The notes beneath the pieces are model-generated. The model saw nothing but the letters and a program-made list of their open reading frames with translations, was not told the origin of the DNA and searched no databases. From NCBI GenBank assembly GCA_002070205.1, contig MWCU01000059.1, forward strand, positions 442 through 64,441: a stretch of DNA of 64,000 nucleotides. Direction: 5' to 3'. The position numbers and the translations under genes were made by a program. This DNA is from Firmicutes bacterium ADurb.Bin182 (lineage in GTDB: Bacteria > Bacillota > Clostridia > Christensenellales > CAG-138). This document shows positions 36,305-46,175 of this stretch, piece by piece (position 1 is the stretch's first letter; each line of letters starts with the position of its first letter).

Positions 36305-36925
36305 ATGAAGTCAAAAATCCTTGCGGTTTTTTGTTTGGTATCGGTTTTACTGCTGACCGTTTTGTGTTATGAAGCATCCGCCGTTAAAGGGGGCATACTC
36401 CGCTTTCATGTGATTGCAAACAGCGATTCACCCGAGGATCAAAAAGCAAAAATGCTCGTAAGGGACGCCGTTCTCGATTGCGGGCGGGATGTACTTTTCG
36501 ACTGCAAGAATTCGAATCAGGCGGTGGAAATGCTGAAAAAAAGCGGTCCCGAGATACTCGCCGCGGCGGAAGGCGTCCTTGAAAAAGAAGGCATTGAATA
36601 CGGCGCGCAGCTTGAATTGGGAACTTATGAATTCCCTAGAAGGGAATACAGAGGCGTCGTGTATCCGGAAGGCACATACAGGGCGCTGCGCGTTGTTTTA
36701 GGAAAGGGTCTAGGACAGAACTGGTGGTGCGTCATGTTTCCTCCGCTTTGCATAATCGATACAGGCGGCCTTGAGCAAAGCGAAGTGTGGAAGGAATATG
36801 AAAGGACGGGAACCGTTGAGTTTGAAAGCGCCATCGTCAAGCTGGTAGAGTATTTAAAGTCGAGCCGCGGCGGTGAGGCGAAAAGCATTTTGGTTAAGCT
36901 TGCGGAATTCTTTAAGGGAGCGTGA
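36305..36925 (+). CDS. spoIIR: Stage II sporulation protein R
   Basis: 'LRFHVIANSDSPEDQ..K..VRDAVL', 'NWWCVMFPPLC'. Confidence 0.85.
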   Translation: MKSKILAVFCLVSVLLLTVLCYEASAVKGGILRFHVIANSDSPEDQKAKMLVRDAVLDCGRDVLFDCKNSNQAVEMLKKSGPEILAAAEGVLEKEGIEYGAQLELGTYEFPRREYRGVVYPEGTYRALRVVLGKGLGQNWWCVMFPPLCIIDTGGLEQSEVWKEYERTGTVEFESAIVKLVEYLKSSRGGEAKSILVKLAEFFKGA

Positions 36926-37620
36926 ACTTTATAGTGCGGTCGGCAAAATTAATGTGCGTAATACTGGCGGTATTTTTCGTATCCGTGTTGTTGCAGCCTT
37001 CCACAGTCAATGCCGAAAACTTAACGGTAGGCTCGAGGAACGACGCGGTTATCGAACTGCAAAAAAGGCTGAAGCAATGGGGATACTACAGGGGCACTGT
37101 GGACGGCGTTTACGGAGCCAAAACGAGGGAAGCCGTGCGGTACTTCCAGCAGAAGAACGGTTTGGCGGCCGACGGCGTCGTGGGACCGGCAACCGCAAAG
37201 GCGATCGGGCTGAATCTTAACCTTGCAAAATCAGGCAAATCGAATTATTCGTCATCATCGTCGTCAAATAACAAAGATGTGCATCTGCTCGCAAGAGTGG
37301 TATACGGCGAAGGCAGGGGAGAACCGTATAAAGGACAGGTTGCCATTGCCGCCGTGATTTTGAACAGAGTGGATAATCCGAATTTTCCGAACTCGATTTC
37401 AGGCGTCATTTATCAAAACGGCGCGTTTGACGTCGTTTCGGACGGCCAGATCAACCTAGCGCCCGATGATACCGCGCTCAAAGCGGCGCGCGACGCGCTG
37501 AACGGATGGGATCCGACAAACGGCTGCATCTACTACTACAACCCGAAAACGGCGAAAAGCAAATGGATATGGTCAAGGCCTATTATAGTCGTTATCGGTA
37601 ACCATAATTTCTGCAAGTGA
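36922..37620 (+). CDS. sleB: Spore cortex-lytic enzyme (SleB-like; PG-binding domain plus Hydrolase_2)
   Basis: PG_binding_1 'VIELQKRLKQWGYYRGTVDGVYGAKT..AVRYFQ'. Catalytic domain 'LLARVVYGEGRGEPY.GQVAIAAVILNR'. GTGA overlap with spoIIR. Confidence 0.85.
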   Translation: MNFIVRSAKLMCVILAVFFVSVLLQPSTVNAENLTVGSRNDAVIELQKRLKQWGYYRGTVDGVYGAKTREAVRYFQQKNGLAADGVVGPATAKAIGLNLNLAKSGKSNYSSSSSSNNKDVHLLARVVYGEGRGEPYKGQVAIAAVILNRVDNPNFPNSISGVIYQNGAFDVVSDGQINLAPDDTALKAARDALNGWDPTNGCIYYYNPKTAKSKWIWSRPIIVVIGNHNFCK

Positions 37621-39119
37621 GGACTTATGAAATGTCGGAAAAAACACAACGTATCATAACCGCGTATATCATACCGTCCGTTCTGGTTGCCGCTCTCATC
37701 ATAGCGTGCGTATGGGGCTATCAGCGCTCCGCGGAAGCGACTGCGTATAAGAACGCCGCGGAAGCCATGTATCAAAGAGCGTATCAGGAGCTTGCGACGA
37801 GCCTTTCAAATATGGAAGTAACGCTCGGCAAGCTCATGGTCGTTAATTCCCCGGCGCAGTACGTGTTTATGCTGGATGACCTCTGGCGGACGAGCGGCAC
37901 GGCCGTGGGCCTTATGTCGCAGCTTCCCGCTTCGCACGTCGACAACATGGAATTGAACGCTTTTTTGGTTCGACTCGGGGACTACGCGCAGTCGCTCACT
38001 AAAAAAGTCATGCAGGGACGGCCCATACTGGATGAGGACCTCAGCCAGCTTGAGCAGCTTCATAATGCGTGCGCGGAGCTTTCCGTAAAAATGCAGCAGA
38101 AGATAGATAACGGAGAGTTTTCGCTCGCTCTGATTGACACGGACGGTTTTTTTGCGGACAACACGCCGACTGAGTCTGAAGGAACCGCAGGTCCCGCCGA
38201 AACGGCCGGAGGGAACGAAGGCGGGAGCGAGCCGGAAGAACGGCTGGAAGGCGAAAAAGGCAATGCTTCCGGGAAGCAGACCGAGGAATCGGAGGATGAA
38301 ACCGAGGGATCTGAAGGCTCGGGCGAAACGAGTCAGGAAGGCCAGCAAAAGTATCCCGTACTTATATATGACGGACCGTTTGCGGAAAGCGTCGATAAGC
38401 TTCAGCCCAAGGGTCTGACGGGAAGGGAAGTCAGCAGCGAAGAAGCGCTTGCAGTCGCGCAAAGCATTGCCGGCAACGCTCAGCTTGCTTTTGACGGCGA
38501 ATCCCCCGGCAGCATTCCCTCGTATGATTTTTCCGGAACCTATGAGGACGGGCGTTTCTTTGAAGCTTCCGTAACAAAAACGGGCGGAAAGATCCTGTGG
38601 TTCATGTCCTCGGCGACCGGCGGGGCGGAAGGAGTTCCGGAAGAAAGAGAAGCGCGGGGCTATAAAGACACGGCCGGCGAATTCCTTAAAAAAATGGGTT
38701 TTGATGCGATGCAGTCAACATATGCACAGTATTACAACGGCATCTGCCTCATCAACTTCGCGGCCGTTCAGGATAACGTTATATTGTACAGCGATCTCGT
38801 GAAGGTGTGGGTGGACAGAGAAACGGGCGAAGTTGTCGGGCTGGATGCCCGAAATTACTGGTTCAGCCATACGAAAAGGGACCTCCCGGAGTCGGCGATA
38901 ACCGAGCAGGAGGCTAAGGACATGCTTTCCGCAAATCTTGAGGTCAAGGACGTGAATATGGCTCTTATTCCCGTTACGCCTCAAACGGAAAAGCTCTGTT
39001 ATGAGTTTAAAGGCACATTCGGCGGGGACAGCTATATAGTTTATGTCAACGCGCTGAGCGGCGACGAGGAACAGGTATACAGGATAATCGATTCGGATGA
39101 GGGCCAGCTGGTGATCTGA
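37617..39119 (+). CDS. ypeB: Germination protein YpeB (PepSY domains)
   Basis: N-terminal TM. 'AMYQRAYQELATSLSNM...LDDLWRTSGTAVGLMSQLP' parallels B. subtilis YpeB. Acidic insert. C-terminal PepSY-like repeats. Start is GTG 37617 or ATG 37632. Confidence 0.8.
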   Translation: MRTYEMSEKTQRIITAYIIPSVLVAALIIACVWGYQRSAEATAYKNAAEAMYQRAYQELATSLSNMEVTLGKLMVVNSPAQYVFMLDDLWRTSGTAVGLMSQLPASHVDNMELNAFLVRLGDYAQSLTKKVMQGRPILDEDLSQLEQLHNACAELSVKMQQKIDNGEFSLALIDTDGFFADNTPTESEGTAGPAETAGGNEGGSEPEERLEGEKGNASGKQTEESEDETEGSEGSGETSQEGQQKYPVLIYDGPFAESVDKLQPKGLTGREVSSEEALAVAQSIAGNAQLAFDGESPGSIPSYDFSGTYEDGRFFEASVTKTGGKILWFMSSATGGAEGVPEEREARGYKDTAGEFLKKMGFDAMQSTYAQYYNGICLINFAAVQDNVILYSDLVKVWVDRETGEVVGLDARNYWFSHTKRDLPESAITEQEAKDMLSANLEVKDVNMALIPVTPQTEKLCYEFKGTFGGDSYIVYVNALSGDEEQVYRIIDSDEGQLVI

Positions 39120-39192
39120 AAATGCAGGAACCGTGCGGCAAATTGCATTGTTGTGTTTGACAAACGACGCAAGTTAGCGTAAACTGTTACAA

Positions 39193-39849
39193 ATGGAAAA
39201 TCCGTTTGACGCTTATGATCTTGCGCGGGAAGCGATAAGCAGTTATCTGACCGCCGCGCGGGGCCGCGCTTTTTTGAAGACGGATTTTTATATTCCGTCA
39301 AAGCGTGCCCCCGTATCGTACCCGCTTGCGAAACTTAAAAGCTCCGGCGGCTGCGCCGGCATCGAAAAATGCCTGAATGAGGGGCTTTTATCGAAACCGG
39401 TGACCATTCTCGGGGCGGACGCCGTAAAGAGCTTTGAAACGGCGGACGGATTGCTGCTGATACATTTTTCGTCAATGTTCTACGATACGCTGATGCGGCA
39501 TACGATTGAAATACTCGAAGAACCTGCCGACGTACAGGGCGTATCCCGCGCGCATTATGCGCTTAACCGAATGATGATGCTTTCCCGCAAGCCCCTTGCA
39601 TCCTGCCCGGACGACTCTCATGTGCAGCGCGCGCTTTGGACGGCTTTCGGCATAACGGATAGGCTTTGCGGCAAAAGAGCGCTGCGGCTGCGGCTTGAAA
39701 ACGCTTCCGACGCTCTTTTGACGATGACGCATCATCTCCCGCCCAAAGACAGGCCGCAGCTTTTTGAGCGATGCGGAGGCGCGGCAAGATGCGCGGCGCG
39801 GCTGTTATATTTCGGACTTAAAACTTCTATCGGAGGCGATTCACGGTGA
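39193..39849 (+). CDS. Hypothetical protein, possibly a DALR/anticodon-binding-like helical domain
   Basis: 218 aa. 'AHYALNRMMMLSRK' weakly recalls the ArgRS DALR helix. Translationally coupled (GTGA) to the downstream MBL gene. The function call is weak. Confidence 0.45.
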   Translation: MENPFDAYDLAREAISSYLTAARGRAFLKTDFYIPSKRAPVSYPLAKLKSSGGCAGIEKCLNEGLLSKPVTILGADAVKSFETADGLLLIHFSSMFYDTLMRHTIEILEEPADVQGVSRAHYALNRMMMLSRKPLASCPDDSHVQRALWTAFGITDRLCGKRALRLRLENASDALLTMTHHLPPKDRPQLFERCGGAARCAARLLYFGLKTSIGGDSR

Positions 39850-40487
39850 CATTAAAATGGTTCGGGCATTCCTGCTTTTTGTTGACGGACAGCAGGGGAG
39901 TGCGCATATTGACTGACCCGTTCGATCCCGAGACGGGCTACAATCTGGAAAAGACGGAGGCTGAAATCGTAACTTGCAGCCATAATCATCATGATCATCA
40001 TTATGTTGAAGCTGCCGCGGGCAACCCGAAGATCATCGATAAACCCGGAGAATACGAGGTGAACGGAGTCAGGATAAAGGGCGTAAAAACTTTCCATGAT
40101 GACGCAAAGGGCGTCAAACGCGGCGAAAACACGGTATTCATATTCGACGTGGACGGCATGCGCATCGCCCATTTCGGCGATATCGGCGAAATACCGGATG
40201 AAAGCACTTTGAATGAGATAGGCGATATCGACGTAATGCTTGTTCCGATAGGCGGCAACTATACCATAGGCCATACCGAAGCGCTGCAGCTCGCGAATCT
40301 TGTAAAAACCAATGTGCTGATACCCATGCATTATTCGACCCCGGACGTAAAATTCAAATTGGGTCCGCTTGCACCGATGCTCAGGGAAGCGAAAAACTGC
40401 AAGATCCATAAACTCAACCAGCCGGAAGCTACGCTCACGCGGGAATCGCTCGGCGAGGACAGGCTTTTGGTGCTTACGTATAAATAA
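39846..40487 (+). CDS. MBL-fold metallo-hydrolase (UPF0173-like)
   Basis: 'LKWFGHSCFLL', 'CSHNHHDHH'. Confidence 0.8.
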   Translation: MTLKWFGHSCFLLTDSRGVRILTDPFDPETGYNLEKTEAEIVTCSHNHHDHHYVEAAAGNPKIIDKPGEYEVNGVRIKGVKTFHDDAKGVKRGENTVFIFDVDGMRIAHFGDIGEIPDESTLNEIGDIDVMLVPIGGNYTIGHTEALQLANLVKTNVLIPMHYSTPDVKFKLGPLAPMLREAKNCKIHKLNQPEATLTRESLGEDRLLVLTYK

Positions 40488-40510
40488 ACGGGCGGAGTAC
40501 TCTTAAGCGA

Positions 40511-40538
40511 CGGGCGATTTGAATCGTCCGTTTTTTGT
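40511..40538 (+). terminator. Rho-independent terminator after the MBL gene
   Basis: ACGGGCGAT/ATCGTCCGT stem (one G-U pair) followed by TTTTTT. Confidence 0.7.
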
Positions 40539-40557
40539 GTTTAATAAGCTTGAATAT

Positions 40558-40741
40558 GTCATACTGAGCGGCGCGAAGGATCTTATGCTTTCAGCTTTAA
40601 TTATCCCGGGTATCTTGTCATTCTGAGCAATGTGAAGAATCCCGCAAATAATCTCATGCGTTAATCCCTTTGTCATCCTGAGCGGCGCGAGGGATCTCGT
40701 CCTTTCACCCTTTCGTCATTCCGGGCGGCGAAAAAGGATTT
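40558..40741 (+). repeat. Four tandem, divergent copies of the dispersed GTCATCCTGAGC...GAAGGATCT repeat
   Basis: Cores at 40558-83, 40617-42, 40672-97 and 40715-41. All are on the + strand with spacings of 59, 55 and 43 bp. Confidence 0.85.
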
Positions 40742-40781
40742 TTCTCATCTCGGAACTCGTCCTGCATAATTAATAATAATA

Positions 40782-40810
40782 TTGACAAGATAATAGTTAC
40801 AGGATACAAT
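40782..40810 (+). promoter_or_regulatory. Sigma-A-type promoter (TTGACA-17-TACAAT)
   Basis: TTGACA at 40782-87, exact 17-nt spacer, TACAAT at 40805-10. About 25 nt upstream of the 40835 start. Confidence 0.6.
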
Positions 40811-40834
40811 TATTCGGTAATGGAGGATTATGTC

Positions 40835-41476
40835 ATGAACAAAAGCATCTACTCATTTTTGCTTGCGGATAAGGTCATAGAGCGTATAGACAGGGCCGCG
40901 TACGAAATGAACATGAGCAGATCGGGCCTTGTTAACCGCATACTTGCGGAGTACGTGTCCTATGTTACTCCCGAGCAGCGCATGCAAGCCATATTCGAGC
41001 AGATGCAAAGGATGTTTGACGAAAGCGTCTTCCGTATGCTGCCGAGGCCGTCCGAGGCAGTGATTGCGATGCGCACTGCCCTCAGCTTCAAATACAGCCC
41101 CAGCATACGCTACTCAGTTGAGCTGTACCGCAGCTCAAGACCGGCCGCCGGCATACTGCGCGTTGCGGCGCGGACGCAGTCCGAAGCGCTGCTCCATGAA
41201 CTAGCCGTTTTTTTCAGGGTATGGACACGCCTTGAGGCCGGGAGGGGCTTTGATGAAAACCACTCGGCGTTTTCGGGGGGACATTATGCGAGGGAGCTCT
41301 TTCCCTCCGGGGAGCTTACCGAAAGCGAAACCGCGGACGCCATAGCTGATTACATATTGATACTCGACGGTTCAATCAAGACATATTTTGATTCGCTTCC
41401 CGACAGGGACGAGGCAATCGCCCGCGTTTCGGATTTCTATGACAAGGCGTTCTCACAAGGGCGGATCAGTGTGTAA
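40835..41476 (+). CDS. Hypothetical protein with an N-terminal ribbon-helix-helix (CopG/Arc-like) motif
   Basis: 'YSFLLADKVIERIDRAAYEMNMSRSGLVNRILAEYV' fits the RHH beta-alpha-alpha pattern. The remaining ~160 aa are unassigned. ATGGAGGA RBS. Confidence 0.55.
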   Translation: MNKSIYSFLLADKVIERIDRAAYEMNMSRSGLVNRILAEYVSYVTPEQRMQAIFEQMQRMFDESVFRMLPRPSEAVIAMRTALSFKYSPSIRYSVELYRSSRPAAGILRVAARTQSEALLHELAVFFRVWTRLEAGRGFDENHSAFSGGHYARELFPSGELTESETADAIADYILILDGSIKTYFDSLPDRDEAIARVSDFYDKAFSQGRISV

Positions 41477-41568
41477 TAAGCGCTTCGGAAAGCGGCCGCG
41501 TCAATAATGCGCACTGATAAGCATAATTGAATCAAAGAGCAATAAATTATAAACGGGAAAGGAGCAAT

Positions 41569-44172
41569 ATGAATACACAAAAATTTACTCAAAAATCGCT
41601 GGAAGCGCTGTCATTGGCGAACAGCGTCGCAATAGAGTACAGGAATCAGCAAATCGGGCAGGAGCATATCCTCTATGCTTTATTGTCCCAGGAAGGAGGG
41701 TTGATTCCGCAGCTCATAACGAAGCTGAACGGGGATCCGGACGCTTTCGCAAGCGCCGTGCTTCAAAGGATAGAGTCGCTTCCGAGGGTTATGGGCCCGG
41801 GGCGGGAACCGGATAAAGTCTATGTATCGCATGAAGCGGACAGGGCGCTGCTTGCGGCGGAAAAACATGCGCAGCATATGAAGGACGAATACGTTTCCGT
41901 CGAACACCTTTTTTTGGGTTTGCTGGACGCTCAGAGCGCGGGGATAAAGGAATTGTTCAATGAGTTTGGCATAGACAGGAACGGCTTTCTCAAGGCATTG
42001 ACCGATGTTCGCGGAAACGCGAATGTAACAAGCGATACGCCGGAGGATGTTTACGACGTTCTTAAAAAATACGGGCAGGATCTCGTCGAACTGGCGCACA
42101 AGCAAAAGCTTGACCCGGTAATCGGCAGGGATTCCGAGATCCGCAACGTCATAAGGATTCTTTCGCGCAAGACCAAAAACAATCCCGTATTGATAGGCGA
42201 GCCGGGCGTGGGAAAGACTGCCATCGCGGAAGGCCTTGCCATCAGAATTGTCCGGGGCGACGTGCCTTCCAATCTTAAGGAGCGCAGGATATTCTCTTTG
42301 GATATGGGCGCTCTCATCGCTGGCGCAAAATTCAGGGGCGAGTTCGAGGAGCGGCTCAAGGCGGTCCTCACCGAAATAAGAAAAAGCGAGGGACGGATAA
42401 TACTGTTCATAGACGAGCTTCATAATATAGTCGGCGCGGGAAGGACAGAGGGCTCGATGGACGCGGGGAACCTTTTAAAACCCATGCTCGCGAGGGGGGA
42501 GCTGCACTGCATAGGCGCAACGACTTTAAACGAATATCGCAAATACATCGAAAAGGACGCGGCGCTTGAGCGGAGGTTCCAGCCGGTAATGGTGGATGAG
42601 CCGACTGTCGAGGACACAATCTCCATTCTTCGGGGGCTTAAGGAGAGGTATGAGGTTTTTCACGGCGTCAAAATCGCGGATACCGCTCTTATCGCCGCTT
42701 CAACGCTTTCTCACAGATATATATCGGACCGGTTTTTGCCCGACAAGGCCATAGACCTTGTGGACGAAGCCTGCGCCATGATAAGGACGGAAATGGACTC
42801 GATGCCTCAGGAACTTGACGAGCTTTCAAGGAACATAATGCAGCTTGAGATCGAGGAGGCGGCTTTGAAAAAGGAAAAGGATAAGCTGTCCGCCGATCAT
42901 CTTGATGATATCCAGAATGAGCTTGCGCAAAAGCGGGAAACGCTGAAAGAGATGAAAATAAAGTGGGAAAACGAGAAGGACGCCATATCGCGCGTGCAAA
43001 AGCTCAGGGAGGAACTTGAAAAGCTTAACGCCGAGATAGAAAAAGCGGAGCGCTTTTACGACCTGAATAAAGCCGCGGAGCTCAAATACGGCAGGATGCC
43101 GGAGCTGAAGCGGCAGCTTGAAGAGCAGGAGCTGCTTGCGGAGCGAAAAAAGGGAGGCAACCTGCTGCGCGACAGGGTTACCGAAGAGGAGATTGCGAGG
43201 ATAGTGTCAAGATGGACCAAAATACCCGTAGCCAAGCTGATGGAGGGCGAAAGGGAAAAGCTCCTTCATTTGGACGAGATACTTCACCAAAGGGTAGTAG
43301 GCCAGAATGATGCGGTCAGGCGCGTATCCGACGCCATATTGCGTTCAAGGGCGGGCATACAGGACCCTTCCCGCCCGATAGGCTCGTTTCTTTTTCTGGG
43401 TCCGACGGGCGTCGGCAAAACCGAGCTTGCAAAAGCGCTGGCAGAAGCTCTGTTTGACGATGAGCATAACTTAATTCGCATAGATATGAGCGAGTATATG
43501 GAGAAGTTTTCCGTTTCCCGGCTAATAGGCGCTCCTCCCGGTTATGTGGGATATGACGAAGGGGGACAGCTTACGGAAGCCGTAAGAAGATCTCCCTATT
43601 CGGTGGTCCTGTTTGACGAAATCGAGAAAGCGCATCAGGATGTGTTTAACATACTGCTTCAGGTGCTCGATGACGGCCGCATAACGGACTCCCAGGGCAG
43701 GACGGTCGACTTTAAAAATACCGTCATAATCCTCACGTCTAACCTCGGCTCTTCTTTCATCATGGAGGGCATCGGCAGGGACGGAGCGATTTCAAAGGAA
43801 GCCGAGAGGCAGGTGGATTCGCTGCTGAAAACGCAATTTCGCCCCGAGTTCCTCAACAGGATAGATGAGATAGTGTTCTATAAGCCTCTGACAAAAGTTG
43901 AGATATATTCTATAATGGATCTTTTGCTAAAGGATTTGGCAAAGCGGCTTGCCGATAAGCAGCTTGAGATAAGGCTGACCGACTCCGCGAGGCAATACAT
44001 CGCGGAAGCAGGGTATGATCCTCAATACGGTGCCCGTCCGCTTAAAAGGCTTATCAAAGGAAAGCTTGAAACTCTGATTGCGCGGAGCATCATCAGGGAT
44101 GACCCGGAGCCCGGCGCCGTCTATACGGTAGATACGGACTCTAAAGGCGAGCTGACCGTGCGTCAGCGCTGA
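41569..44172 (+). CDS. clpB: ATP-dependent chaperone ClpB
   Basis: Clp_N repeats, two AAA+ modules ('[10 protein letters not shown]', '[13 protein letters not shown]'), and a long middle coiled coil. Start MNTQKF follows AAAGGAG. Confidence 0.95.
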   Translation: MNTQKFTQKSLEALSLANSVAIEYRNQQIGQEHILYALLSQEGGLIPQLITKLNGDPDAFASAVLQRIESLPRVMGPGREPDKVYVSHEADRALLAAEKHAQHMKDEYVSVEHLFLGLLDAQSAGIKELFNEFGIDRNGFLKALTDVRGNANVTSDTPEDVYDVLKKYGQDLVELAHKQKLDPVIGRDSEIRNVIRILSRKTKNNPVLIGEPGVGKTAIAEGLAIRIVRGDVPSNLKERRIFSLDMGALIAGAKFRGEFEERLKAVLTEIRKSEGRIILFIDELHNIVGAGRTEGSMDAGNLLKPMLARGELHCIGATTLNEYRKYIEKDAALERRFQPVMVDEPTVEDTISILRGLKERYEVFHGVKIADTALIAASTLSHRYISDRFLPDKAIDLVDEACAMIRTEMDSMPQELDELSRNIMQLEIEEAALKKEKDKLSADHLDDIQNELAQKRETLKEMKIKWENEKDAISRVQKLREELEKLNAEIEKAERFYDLNKAAELKYGRMPELKRQLEEQELLAERKKGGNLLRDRVTEEEIARIVSRWTKIPVAKLMEGEREKLLHLDEILHQRVVGQNDAVRRVSDAILRSRAGIQDPSRPIGSFLFLGPTGVGKTELAKALAEALFDDEHNLIRIDMSEYMEKFSVSRLIGAPPGYVGYDEGGQLTEAVRRSPYSVVLFDEIEKAHQDVFNILLQVLDDGRITDSQGRTVDFKNTVIILTSNLGSSFIMEGIGRDGAISKEAERQVDSLLKTQFRPEFLNRIDEIVFYKPLTKVEIYSIMDLLLKDLAKRLADKQLEIRLTDSARQYIAEAGYDPQYGARPLKRLIKGKLETLIARSIIRDDPEPGAVYTVDTDSKGELTVRQR

Positions 44173-44197
44173 AACAGCGGGAGCAGCCGGTTTACCG

Positions 44198-44695
44198 TCA
44201 GTCGGCTAAATAATCGGCTATTTGAGACCATGCGGGGATCTTATCCTGCATGGTCTTTATTTTTCGTCTGGGAACCGGGCTGGATGAGGGAAGCAGCCGG
44301 TAATCGATATTCGGCAGCCTTTCAAAATAACGGTCATATATCTTCATGCTCGTCGTTCCGTTGAAAAAAACCGCTTTGATGTTGGGGTGCATATCTAGAA
44401 AACCCGGGATATCGTTCACAACGACGTTCTTTATGTCCTTATCCAGGCTTCCCGGCCTTTCGCAGGATTTTATAACGTCATAAAGCGCGATGCCACGGGA
44501 AAGGAGGAATCGCTTGCGCCTTTCATAATCTTCCGTTTCGGGTTCGCCTGTGATATGAAAAAGCAGGCTCCACAGATGATTTCTGCTGTGGCCGTAAAAC
44601 TGCTGTTTCTTAAGCGAATCGACGGAGGCCATCGTGCCGAGAATGAGTATTTTCGAGTTCCGGTCCGATATGGGATTTAATGAATGGATGCGCAT
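44198..44695 (-). CDS. DNA-deoxyinosine (hypoxanthine) glycosylase, UDG superfamily
   Basis: 'KILILGTMASVDSLKKQQFYGHSRNHLWSLL' matches the hypoxanthine-DNA-glycosylase family pattern. Confidence 0.7.
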   Translation of the reverse strand: MRIHSLNPISDRNSKILILGTMASVDSLKKQQFYGHSRNHLWSLLFHITGEPETEDYERRKRFLLSRGIALYDVIKSCERPGSLDKDIKNVVVNDIPGFLDMHPNIKAVFFNGTTSMKIYDRYFERLPNIDYRLLPSSSPVPRRKIKTMQDKIPAWSQIADYLAD

Positions 44696-44752
44696 AAATT
44701 CCTTTTTCTCACAACAAAATAAGGTTACAACTCCAAGGAGGTACTATATAGT

Positions 44753-44926
44753 ATGACCAACAGCAAAGCAGGCAATCAAACGATCGGATGCAGCGTGACA
44801 AGCTGCAGGTATAACAAGGACGGCAACATGTGCGAGCTAAACCGCATCGAGGTGGAGCCGGCTGTGGACGTCAATACCGGCGAGCCGGCCGACGAGAGCC
44901 TTTGCGGAAGCTACCGCAAAAGGTAA
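44753..44926 (+). CDS. DUF1540-domain small Cys-rich protein (57 aa; below the ORF-track cutoff)
   Basis: My own translation: MTNSKAGNQTIGCSVTSCRYNKDGNMCELNRIEVEPAVDVNTGEPADESLCGSYRKR*. AAGGAGGT RBS 10 nt upstream, and a strong terminator follows. Confidence 0.7.
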   Translation: MTNSKAGNQTIGCSVTSCRYNKDGNMCELNRIEVEPAVDVNTGEPADESLCGSYRKR

Positions 44927-44949
44927 CGGGATACCGGTCTTGAGTAAAG

Positions 44950-44980
44950 CAGGCCCGCAAAACATTTGCGGGCCTGTTTT
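44950..44980. terminator. Rho-independent terminator between convergent genes
   Basis: CAGGCCCGCAAA-aca-TTTGCGGGCCTG followed by TTTT. Confidence 0.8.
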
Positions 44981-44989
44981 CGGTTTGGG

Positions 44990-45694
44990 TTAACGTCTCC
45001 TTGATCCCCTCGCAATCAAAAGCAGCCTGAGCAGCGTCAGCGCGGCAGACAAAGTCGCGACCACATATGTCATCGAGGCTGCGCGGAGCACCTTTTTAGC
45101 GCCCGCGGTTTCGTCATAGCTTAAGAATCCTCCTGCGCTGAGCATCTCTATCGCGCGGCTTGACGCGTTAAGTTCAACCGGCAGCGTGATCATCTGGAAA
45201 GCGAAAACGGCCGCGAAAAGAATCACACCAATCATAGCAAGGTCATAGCTTCCGAACAGCATGCCGCCTATTACAATAAAGGGGGCGGCCGACGAGCCGA
45301 ACTGGGCTATGGGAAGAATGGCGTTGCGCATCCTTATCGGCGCGTAACCTTCTTCATATTGCATCACATGGCCTATCTCATGCGCGCCTACGGCGAGGGC
45401 GGCAACCGAGTCGGATGAGTAGACCGCCTCGGATAAACCGACGATATTGTTCTTCGGGTCAAAATGGTCCGTGAGAGCTCCGCCGACCCTGGTTATTTGA
45501 ACGCTCGAACCGGCGTTTTGCAGCAGCTTTTGAGCGACGTTTGCGGCGCTCATACCGGACTGTGAGCGGACTGCGGAATACTTTTTGAATGTAGTGTTCA
45601 CAGAAGCCTGCGCAATAAACCCGAGGACCATAACGCCGAGCAGTGCTATTATAAGCACGGAATCATATCCGTAATAAAAGTATGGCATCATCAA
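44990..45694 (-). CDS. Membrane zinc metallopeptidase (YugP-like)
   Basis: 'AHEIGHVMQ' zincin motif, N-terminal TM and C-terminal TM segments. Confidence 0.8.
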   Translation of the reverse strand: MMMPYFYYGYDSVLIIALLGVMVLGFIAQASVNTTFKKYSAVRSQSGMSAANVAQKLLQNAGSSVQITRVGGALTDHFDPKNNIVGLSEAVYSSDSVAALAVGAHEIGHVMQYEEGYAPIRMRNAILPIAQFGSSAAPFIVIGGMLFGSYDLAMIGVILFAAVFAFQMITLPVELNASSRAIEMLSAGGFLSYDETAGAKKVLRAASMTYVVATLSAALTLLRLLLIARGSRRR

Positions 45695-45803
45695 CGAAGT
45701 CCTCCTCTGTTATTAGTATAACCAGTATATCATGCTTTGACTGACAGTAATCCGTTTGACTCCGTTTTTTTGCGAGCCTTTCACAGGTTTGACATATGAG
45801 GCG

Positions 45804-46175
45804 CTATTTTCTCGGCGGCAGCACTTCCATCCAATAGCCGTCAGGATCCTCGACGAAATAGATGCCCATTTTGGGATTTTCATAGCATATGCAGCCCATT
45901 TCCTTATGAAGGTCATATGCGGCATCAAAATCGTCGGTTATAAAAGCTATGTGGCTTTCATTGTCTCCGAGTTCATATCTGCCCTGCTTGTCTTTGAGCC
46001 ATGTCAGCTCCAGCATGAACTCTTCCCTTTCATCCGCCATAAAAACGATTTTATACGCTCCGTCGTTTGCAGTCTTTTCCCTGACTGCTGTGAGCTTGAA
46101 TGCCTTTTTGTAAAAATCTATGCTCCTTTGCATATCCGTGACGTTAATGTTTGCGTGCGCCAGTAGAAATTTCAT
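45804..46175 (-). CDS. VOC-family protein (glyoxalase I-like)
   Basis: 'LLAHANINVTDMQRSIDFYKKAF' and 'GYWMEVL'. The start MKFLL overlaps the upstream stop (ATGA). Confidence 0.8.
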   Translation of the reverse strand: MKFLLAHANINVTDMQRSIDFYKKAFKLTAVREKTANDGAYKIVFMADEREEFMLELTWLKDKQGRYELGDNESHIAFITDDFDAAYDLHKEMGCICYENPKMGIYFVEDPDGYWMEVLPPRK

